Assembly: GCF_963921235.1 (NCBI RefSeq)
Contig: NW_026948113.1
Span: 372,001-436,000 of the forward strand
Origin: Mobula hypostoma
Taxonomy: Eukaryota
Reading direction: 5' to 3'
Length of the DNA: 64,000 nt
Below are positions 39,945 through 49,609 of the stretch, piece after piece. How positions within the stretch are numbered: position 1 is the stretch's first letter; each line of letters begins with the position of its first letter. The position numbers and the translations under genes were made by a program. Under the pieces are notes generated by a model that was not told the origin of the DNA, did not search any database, and saw only the letters and a program-made list of their open reading frames with translations.

Positions 39945-40205
39945 GCTTCAGCTACATACAAGCACTCTGGGGCTGCGCACAATCTGGAGATACGGTCAAC
40001 GCGATTCTAAAAGCCAACTTCCAGGATTTCGGAGTGGTCAGCTGTGATATCAACACAGGGAAATGCACTGGCACTGGTTTCCTAGCAATGTTCAATGATC
40101 AATTGAGCCAATTCAGATTCACTGACGTGACTGCATTGAAGAGTAACTGCACTTGGTATTTGCAAAGGGCTGTTCAGCTTGGAAGAGAAGCATTGGAAAG
40201 GCAAG
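39945..40205 (+). CDS. MHC class I-like gene, exon 3 (alpha2 domain)
   Basis: TTTGCAG acceptor; 261 bp, phase 1/1. Translation SFSYIQALWGCAQSG...VSCDINTGKCTG...KSNCTWYLQRAVQLGREALERQ contains the canonical Cys pair. The donor is AG|GCAAGT. Confidence 0.9.
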
Positions 40206-40224
40206 GCAAGTGGAACATCCTGCG

Positions 40225-40525
40225 ATGGAGAGGGAACTCCCAATTCAGCAACATAAAGGATACCTCAGTCTGAGACGATTATGGGGCTCTGAGACCGAGA
40301 TGGTGTGGGCTGTCATGATTCAGGATACTGAAGGATTTGATGATCTAACAAATTGATGGTGTTCCCAATCTGGGACAGAGAGGGATCTCCTGATCTGGAC
40401 AGTAAGGAAGCTTCCAATCAGAGATGCAGAGGGATCTCCTCATACGGGAAAGAGAGGGAGCTCACAAAACAAAATGGTTAGGGGGTTCCCAATCTGCAGT
40501 AATGAGGGATCTCCTAATTTGAAAC
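40225..40525. repeat. Degenerate ~25-bp-period tandem array (~12 units) at the start of intron 3
   Basis: GGGATCTCC-like cores at about 40232, 40257, 40283, 40307, 40332, 40358, 40382, 40406, 40431, 40456, 40481 and 40506. Confidence 0.7.
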
Positions 40526-40964
40526 AGTGAGTTGATTGGAGTGTACGGCCTACAGGCCTGGAGGTGGACTGTAAGCCCATGATTGGCTCCATTGCTTCTC
40601 TCTGACTGAGGCGTTGAGCAAGTTTGAAGTGGACGAGGCCAAGTGCGGAGGCCAGGCTGGTGTTTGGCGCCATCTGCTGCGTTTGGCTGGTATTCCTCTC
40701 CCTTTTACTAGCTGCTGTTGGAGGAAAGTGCAGGAGGCTTGGGTTCCACATTGCAGGGATTGATCGGTGAGGCTCGTGGTTGTGACTCTTTTTGGAGGAC
40801 TTTAGGGTTCATGTATTTCTGGATTCTGGTTACCCTTTGTTTCCTGTTTCTAAGTGGTTTGATCAGGGTGCATCAGTGCGCACTGGGCGTTTCAGCGAAG
40901 ACTGAATCTGCGGCCTGCATTTGGCTAGTGGCAAGGCACTGAACTAAACTGAGTACATCTGGAG

Positions 40965-43760
40965 TTGATAAAACCATAAGATATAGAAGCAGAATGGGGC
41001 CATTTGGCCCATTGAGTCTGCTCCGCCATTTCATCATGCTGGTCCATTATCCCTCACAGCTCCAATGTCCTGCCTTCTCCCTGTATCGCTTCATGTCGTG
41101 ACTATAAAGAATCTATCAATCTCTGCTTTAAATATAGTAAAGATGTGGCCTCCACAGCTGCCAAGTTGCCTGTAACAATGAATTCTACAGATGTACTGCT
41201 ATCTGGCTAAAGAAATATTTCCTGATCTCCATTTTAAAAGGATGCCCCTCTACTCTGCGTGTCACAGAAATTTACTATTGCTGATTAAACAAGGACACAG
41301 ACCCCAGTATTCTGTTTAATTACTTACTTACATGACCATGGAGAGCCCACTAAAAGACTCTGCTAAAGTGAGCACAAGCATGGTCTTTTATTCCTTAAAA
41401 TACATGCAATTCAGCAGTTTTCAGGAGTCAAGAGTTCCTGCATAGACCTTATTGACAAGATTCAGGATGCTTCCATACCTTACACAAACTTAGATACACT
41501 ACACTCAGCCCCCTTCTTCCAGATCGTTAATGTATATCATGAACAGTTGCAGCCCCAGCACAGACCCCAATGGCACACCACTCACCACTGACTGCCAACC
41601 AGAGAAACACCCAGGTATCCCAACTCTCTTCTTTCTATTAGTCAACCAATCTTCTATCCATGCTAATACATTAGCCCCAACTCTGTTGTTCTATTTTGGT
41701 AAATTATCACCAAAGCCTTTACTGTAACTTCTGCCATTTCTTTCAGTACCCTGGGACTTATCTATCTTCCGGCCCACACGATTGCTCAGCACTACCTCTT
41801 TAGTGATAGCTATTGTATCAGGTTCTCGCCTCCCATTGCGTCCATAACATCTGTCTTTGGCATGTTAGACGTGTCCTCCACCTCCACTGTGAAGACCGAC
41901 ACAACATAGATCTAAAGCCTCTGCCATTTCCTCATTCCCCAATATTAATTCCCCTTCTCGTCTTCCAAGGGACTGATGTTCACTTAAGCCACCCTTTTCT
42001 GCTTTATATAATTATAACAACTTTTACGATCTGTTTTTATATTTTGTGCTGGTTTATTTTCATAGTCTATCTTCCCTTCCTTCACTGCTCGCTCAGTGGT
42101 TCTATGTTGCTTTTTAAAGTTTTCTCAATCTTGCATTTTCCCACTGCTCTTGGCAAATTTGTACAAACGAGCTTTTAGTTTGATGCTTTCTTTCATTTTC
42201 CACCCTTGCTTACTTACTTGCTCCCCACTTTTATCTGGAATACATCTTCTTCTATTGTTTGTACATACCCCGCGCCTTCTGAATTGCTTCCAGAAACTCC
42301 ATCCATTTATGCTCTGCCACCATCCCTTTCAGTGTTATTTTCAAATCAATTTTGACCAGCTCCTCTCTCATGCCTCTGTAATTACCTTTACTCCACTGTA
42401 ATCCAGATACATCTGACTTTAGCTCTCCTTCTCAAATTGGATGGTGAATTCTATTATATTATGATCACTTAACCCTAAGAGTACCTTTACCATAAGCTCT
42501 CTAAACAATTCTGGTTCATTGCACAACACTCAATCCAGAATAGCTGATACCCCAGTGGACTCAACCATGAGCCGCTTTAAAAAGCCATCCCGCAAGCAAT
42601 TCCACTTCTTGGGATCCAGCACAAAACTGATTTTCCAATCTACTTGCATATTGAAATTCCCCACAACTATTGTAACATTGACCTTTTGGCATGCATTTTC
42701 TATCTCCCATTGTAATTTGTAGACCACATCCTTACTACAGTTTAGGGGTCTGTATATAACTCTGATCAAGGTCTTTTTACCCTTGAAGTTCCTTAGCTCT
42801 ACCCACAATGATTCAATATCTTCTGACCCGACATCACCTTTCTAATGATTTGATTTCATTTTTTACCAACAGAGCAATGCCTCCACATTTGCCTACCCTT
42901 TTGATACAATGTGTATCCTTGAATGCTATTACCACACAAAATCATACATGCCAATCTGTAACTGTGCTACAAGTTCATCGACCTTATTCCAGAAGAGAAC
43001 CCCTGCCCTCTCCACTAATTCCTTGGCCACACATACAGCTGCCAAATCATACTATTCTTACCTTCACTGGCACTTGGGACAGGCAGAAATCCAGTGATTA
43101 CTACCCTGGAGGTCCTGTTTTACAGCTTTCTACACAGCTCCCTCAAATCTCTCTTCAGGACCTCCTCAACTTATCGACCCATCTCATTGGTGCCGAGATG
43201 CACCAAGATTTCTGGCTGCTCACCCTCCCTCCTGAAAATGCAATGGACCTGATCCGAGACATCCGTGATCCAGGCAATTGGGAGGCAACATACCACCTGG
43301 GTGTCTCCATCGTGCCCACAGAATCTTGTCTCTGTTCTTCTGCCTGTGGAATTTCCCATCAACACTGAAGTCTTCTTCACCTCTCTGCTCTTCTGAGCCA
43401 CAGCATCAGATTCAGTGCCAGAGAGGAGGTCACTGTGGTTACCCCCGGTCGATTGTCCCCTTCAACAGTATCTAAAGTGGTACATTTATATTGAGGGGTA
43501 TGACCACAGGTGTACTCTGCACTGGCTGTGCATTTCCCCTCCTTCTCCTGACAGTCACTTGTCTACCAATCTCCTGCAACCAAGGGTGACTACCTCCCTG
43601 TAGCTCCTATCTATCACTTCCTCTTTCTCCCATATGAAGCTAAGGTCAGTGAGCTGCAGCTCCAGTTCCTTAACACATTCTCCGAGGAGCCGCAGTTTGA
43701 CGCACCTGGTGCAGATGTGTTTATCCGAGAGACTGGATATCTCCCAGAATACTCACATCT
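40965..43760 (-). mobile_element. CR1 LINE with internal deletions in intron 3
   Basis: ORF 43171-43401 (VVCCLPIAWITDVS...VHLGTNEMG, ORF1 esterase), ORF 42530-42808 (WVELRN.KGKKTLI.VIYRP, APE) and a CR1 3' end near 40970. Confidence 0.85.
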
Positions 43761-44462
43761 CACACACAGTATGAGACACTGCCCCTGGAGTCATTCTCAC
43801 TACACTATGATGCCCTAACAGATGAGGAATGGACAATTAAGAACAAAAATACCCCTGCTTGGATGTTTGATATCCTCTGTGTTGCTAGTTCACTTTTTGC
43901 TGTTTGTGCAATCTGTTCCCTCCCTGCATCTTGCGTGTTTGATGTTTTCTTTGAACGGGTTCCTTGGTGCCTCTTTGTTCCTTCGCTGCATCGGAGGATA
44001 AACCTCAGAGTTGTATTCTGTATAAACAATTTGGTAATTAATCTACTTTGAATCTTTGAGTGAGGGCGCTCCCAAATGGAGACATTGACTGATCTCCCGG
44101 TCTGGGGCAGTGAGGGACCTTCTGATCAATACTGCTGTGCTGAGGGCATTCTCCATCTTGCAGTTTGAGGATGATCTGAATTTGGGATATTGCACGACTG
44201 CTGGACTGGGAATAGTGCCTGTGACCTTGATCTGGACCTGTCCGATGAATGAAAGTAATCTCTGTCTGTAGTCTGCATGAGCTTGGGCTGGGGAGGCTGA
44301 TTTCAGATTAGATGGTGAGTGTAATAGTGAGGCCGATCACATTCTGAGGCAGTGAAGGATGTGAGAGTAATCCCAACATTGAACACTGTAACTTCAGTCT
44401 GTAACGGTAAGGTAACATCAGCCTGAGTTGAGGAGGTGACATAATTTTTGATTCTTCCCCAG

Positions 44463-44738
44463 TTGCTCCAGAGACTCAGGTGTTGACAAGGAGGCCGACA
44501 GCTACTGAAGGCAAGAGTCTGTCGTGCATCATCACTCCCTTCTACCCCTGTGCTATCAATGCCACTTGGCTGAAGAATGGGCAGGTTGTCTCTGAGGGCT
44601 ACAACGTGACTGTGCTACCAAACTACAATGATACATACTGGATGGAACTAGTCATTGAGCTGCAGGGCAACGACCCGAACATCTATACTTGTCATGTCGA
44701 GCACAGCAGCCTGCCAAAGGCCCTGATGGTGAAGGGAG
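44463..44738 (+). CDS. MHC class I-like gene, exon 4 (alpha3 Ig C1 domain)
   Basis: TTCTTCCCCAG acceptor and G|GTAGGT donor; 276 bp, phase 1/1. C1-set motifs LSC...FYP...W.KNG...LPN.N.TY...YTCHVEHSSL. Confidence 0.95.
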
Positions 44739-47031
44739 GTAGGTCATTGTACGGTACAGGATTTGCTTCATTCTGCCTGTGGTGGTTCATGGACTCATGC
44801 AGCAGAGAAGGGGGCTCTTCAGTCTACCTGATTCATGCAAATCCAATTCATGCAAACCCTCTAGTTCTCAAAAACACTTGGCCCGTCCCCTTCTTTAACT
44901 CGATGATTCAACTGCTCATCTAGATACGTCTTGAAAATTATAGAGGTCTCTGCCTCCACCATCTCCTCAGGCAGTCCATTCCCAACTCCAAAAACCCCCT
45001 TGATGAAAGTATGCTTCTGTAGATTCCCTATAAACCTCTTAGTCATTATCTTAAACCTACGTCGAGTTATAGGCACCTTTACTATGGGGAAAAGTTTACT
45101 ACTGTTCAAGCAAACACATGAAGTGGAAGCATAAACTGCAGCAAGTAAAACCTGTAGCATTCTTCAGAATCAGAATCAGGTTTACTGTTGCTGGCATCTG
45201 TTGTGAAATTTGTTAAGTTAGCAGCAGAACAATGCAATGCATGATAATATAGAAAAAATATAGAACAAGTAAGTAAATCAACTACAATAATTATATATAT
45301 GTATATTGAACAGATTTTAAAATAGTGCAAAAACAGAAATAACATATATTTTAAAAAGTTCTTCCAACATTTTCTATGTATTTCCTATCTACACCCCTAA
45401 TAATTCTGTATAACTCCATCAGGTCCACCCTCAGTCTCCTCCCATCTAAAGAAAACAAAACCAGTGTATCTATTCTCTCTTCTCATTCCATCTGAGCCAC
45501 ATTCCGGCGAATCTCCTCCGCACTCTGTCCAATGCAATCACATCTCTCCTCTGCTCTGGTGACCAGAACTGTAAACAATACTCAGAATGTAGCCTCACCG
45601 ATGTTTTATAAAGCTGTACCATAATTCCCATGCCCTTGTATTCCATGCACTGATAACTGGTATCTCATACACTTCCTTCACCACCCTATTTACCTCTTTG
45701 AAAGACCTAATCAAGCATCTCCACCATAAAGCTGCACCATAAGTTCCCTTCTCTTGAATTCTATGCCCTGATCAGTGAAATCCAGCATCCTGTAGGCTAT
45801 CTTCACCACCTTGTCCTCTACTTTGAATGACTTGCTCAAGTAGCCCCACTCTTTCTCACACACCTCTGAAAATTTCTTAATTCCAAGAACATATCCCATT
45901 TCCATTTTGGAAGTTATTATTTACCGTGCTCTTTTATCACTTGAATTAAATCTGTTCCTTCTGCTCACCAGATGTTACAGAAGCAGTTGAGCTGTTGGTC
46001 AAAGAAATATAGTAAGAACTCAACAGAAATAACAACTAAGAAGCAATTGGGACTGTGGGGAAGACCTGACTGTCAAGTGGTCACTGCCTGGCTGTTGGGT
46101 GTTTGATTGTCATAGATTCGTAGAATTCTGCAACAGAGAAACAGACCCTTCAGCCCAACATGCCTTTGTCAATCAAGATTTCCATTCAAAGAAGTCCCAT
46201 TTATCCTGGCCCATATCTCCCTAAACCCTTTAGACCCATTTACTGGTGGATGTATCTTTTAAAAGATGTTAACTTGTCTGCCTCAACCACTTCTTCTGGC
46301 ACCCATAAATTGACCATCATGTTGCCACTCAGGTTCCTGTTACATCTTTTCTCTCTTAACTTAAACCTATACCATCAGGAGCCCTGAAAAATTATTGTGC
46401 ATTCTCTCTATGCCCCTCAAAATTTTATATACTTCTCTCTATAGCTCAGCCCCCTACACTCCAGGGAAAATAATCCCAGCCTATCTTGTCTCTCATTATT
46501 TCTCAAGCATTCCATTCCTGGCACCATCCTTGTGAATCTCCTCTGCATCCTTTCCATCCTAATGACATCCTTCCTTCCTCAAAGCACCTTCTATTTTCCT
46601 ATCCTGCAATATATAAGATACTACCCACCCAGGACTACCCTCCCCCACACCCCCCCCCCCGCCCCCCGCTTCTCCAGCTCCCATCAGGCACAGATACAAA
46701 AGCCTGACAGAATGTACTACTATGATCAATGAACACTTCTGTCTTTCTCCTGTGAGAAAATTGAGTGGACCCAAACATAGTAAGATAGGCATCTGACCTC
46801 ACAATCTAACTTTTAATGGTCTTGCATCCTATTGCCAGCTAGCACCACACATCCTCTGTAAAAGTAATACATTACTCTGCATTCTGTTATTGTTTTCCCT
46901 TGTACAAACTTAATATCCTGATGTAATGATTTGTATGGACGGAATGCAAAACATGTATTTCCACTGTACCTGGTAACTGGTGACAATAATAAAATAATTT
47001 ATACATTTACCGATCTTTACTTGGTGAACAG

Positions 47032-47108
47032 GAGTTGGTGAGCCCCATGGTGCAGGTCCTATGTTGGGGCTGATGACTGTGTTTGCGATAATCTTTGGAA
47101 TGATGTAG
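47032..47108 (+). CDS. MHC class I-like gene, exon 5 coding part (C-terminal hydrophobic segment ending in TAG)
   Basis: Phase-1 acceptor; GVGEPHGAGPMLGLMTVFAIIFGMM*. The exon continues to donor GTGGGT (after 47144) or GTAAAC (after 47148). It is colinear with the paralog at 61963-61851. An alternative in-frame acceptor lies at 47054-47055. Confidence 0.82.
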
Positions 47109-47234
47109 AGGTGCAGCAAGGAGAGAACCAAGACATCACTGGAGGTGGGTAAACGTACAGATGCCTTTGTTAAACCTGCTTGCTGTGACAGTATTAGACT
47201 GTACATTCAACCTCCTCTCTTTTCTCCTTTGCAG

Positions 47235-48375
47235 ATCAGCATTTGGCTCTAACTCAAGCACAGTTCTGAACACAGGGTGCAGCTTCAAACAGGCTTTTTT
47301 GATGAGTGACCGCACACCTCAGCAAGCTTAGAATCAGAATCAGATTTAATATCACTGGCATTGATTGTGAGATTTGTTAACTTTACAGCAGCAGTACAAT
47401 GAAATTTACAATAAATAAAAAACTGAGTTATATAAAGTATATTTATGGCTGTTAAGTTAAAATAAGTAGTGCAAAATAACAGAAATAAAAGAAGTAGGAA
47501 GTAGTGTTCATGGGTTCAATGTCCATTGATAAATCGGCTGGCAGAGGGGAAGAAGCTGTGCCTTCAGGCTTCTGCGCCTCCTTCCTGATGGCTCCAGTGG
47601 GAAGAGGGCATGTCCTGGGTGGTGGTGGATGTAGCCTTCCTAAGGCATCGCTCCTTGAAGATATTTTGGATACTATGGAGGCTGGTACCCCGATAGATCT
47701 GACTAATTTTACAAGTTTCTGCAATTTGTTTCAAACTTGTCCAGTAGTCCCTCATAAGAGATGCTGATGCAGCCAGTCAAAATGTTCTCCATCGTACATT
47801 TGTAGAAGTTTTTGAGTGTTTTAGTTGACCTACAAAATCAACACAACCTCCCAATAAAATACAGCCGCTGTCTTGGCTTCTTTATAACTGCATCCTCAGA
47901 GATGTTGACACCTAGGAACTTGAAATTGCTCATTTTCTCCACTTCTGATCCCTCTATGAAGATAGGTTTAGCGTTACATCCACTGTGGGAACTTGCCTGC
48001 TGAATCTTCTGCTGCTTTGAACAGCTCCCGTTTAGCTATGTCTTAAATTTTTTCTTACATCTGAGAAAGATTTCAAGTTTCAGTCTTGCAGTGCACTGAT
48101 GTTTGACACTCATTTGTAAGGTCCCTCTCCAGTCCTAATTCCACCACAAACGCCATATGTCAAATCATTGCTCTGAAGTATGAATGCCTGTTTTGAACAC
48201 TGGACAGCCAAGAGTAATTCTTTTCTTCATTGGAGATTGGCAGGGTCCAACATTTAGTTTATAATATGAGCAGAAACTCTGGAATGCTGTGGCAATTTGG
48301 TGAATGAGAGAGTACAAAATTTGAGGATTATACAATGGAATAAATATGGTTACTTTCCCTGTTGTATTGTTGGGC
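47235..48375 (+). other. Terminal (3'UTR) exon of the class I-like gene
   Basis: Strong acceptor CCTCCTCTCTTTTCTCCTTTGCAG. Homology to the paralog 3' end runs on both sides of a LINE insert. AATAAA at 48349-48354. Confidence 0.65.
47332..47967 (-). mobile_element. Rex1-type LINE 3' fragment inserted in the 3'UTR
   Basis: (ATTCTG)n tail, TTAG on both sides (47328-47331, 47968-47971), and absent from the paralog. Confidence 0.85.
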
Positions 48376-49609
48376 AAACTCGTATTGTTTTCTCTGGAGC
48401 ATTAGAGGTTTTGGGCAGACCTGATAGAGAATTATATAATCCTGAGAGACATATAGAGATGAGATTGTCAGTTTCTTCCACAGACTAGAAACGTCAAATT
48501 TTAATTGCACCAATTACATTGTAAAAAACTTACTTCTGACATCCCTCTATAGTTTCTTCTAATCATCTTCAAATTATTCTCCCTCATATTAGCCATTTCC
48601 ACCATGGGAAAACTCTGGCTATCCACTCAATTTATTTTTCTTATGCCTCTTACCGTCTTTATATCTCTGTGAAGTTACCTCTCATCCTTCTTTGCTCCAA
48701 AGAGAAAAGCCCTAGCTCACTGAACCTATCTTCATCAGACATACTCACTAATCCAGGCAGCATCCTGGTAAATCTCCACTGCACCCTATCTAAAGCTTCT
48801 ACATCCTTCCTATATGAAGTGGCCAAAAATGAACACAATAATGAAATTATATTCCATGATCAGCCTCTAAAGATGCAGACATGCGATACTGCAACATTTT
48901 CCCAAGACTGAGTCTCTAAACATGCGCTCTCCAGGGGGACAATGCTCCCAAGCATTGCACCTTCGACACTATAGCAGCCCCTCAGCAATGGCCCTTCTTC
49001 AGACAATCCACTTCTTAAAGTGAATCAGAACCTTAGTTACAACATTGGAGACTGGCACAACTTCTCCAGTTGCACAGTGCTCCCCTTGCACTGTCTCTCA
49101 ACAGAACAGTTCTCCCTCAATATCTCTCTTTCAGTCCTTCCTTAAAATTAATCTTTACAGTAGCGCAGTCTCTCAGTATCTCCCTTTAACTGTCTCAGTG
49201 CACACCTCTACTGTTACCGCGCTTCCTTGGAATGTCCTGTTACCGTGGAGTACTTGCTTTGTATTACTCTTTCAAATGGTACAGTGTTTCCTCAGTCCTG
49301 CCCCCCTGACAGGGTAATATTGCCAGCTGACAATGCAACACTCCCTCAACACTGGACTCTGCGTGCAGCATTCTTAGAACTGAGCCCAGCAGTGCAGCAC
49401 TCCGGGTGTTGCCCTCTGTCCGTACATTGATGACTCAGCACAGAAGATGCTGCATTCCATACTATTGTTCCTCCTATGTTGCACAGCTTCACGACAAAGA
49501 TACCACACGGATCATGAATGAATTCCGTTCCTGAGAAGTGCACATGAAGAGGGTCACAGACCTGCTGTGAGAGCATTCATCAGGAAGTTGAACCCACAAG
49601 AGAGCATCC

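Noticed and set aside
44739-44923. ORF extension after alpha3 as a TM or secreted tail
   Set aside because: It follows a consensus GTAGGT donor, and a better paralog-supported terminal exon exists at 47032. Intron retention is not excluded.
47106-47108. TAG as a sequencing error or recent pseudogenising mutation
   Set aside because: The same TAG occupies the same position in the 73%-identical paralog exon (61889-61887).
48058-48285. Apparent minus-strand exon (acceptor- and donor-like sites) and ORF 48165-48377
   Set aside because: The region aligns with the paralog's 3'UTR, so it is better explained as the plus-strand 3'UTR of the class I-like gene.
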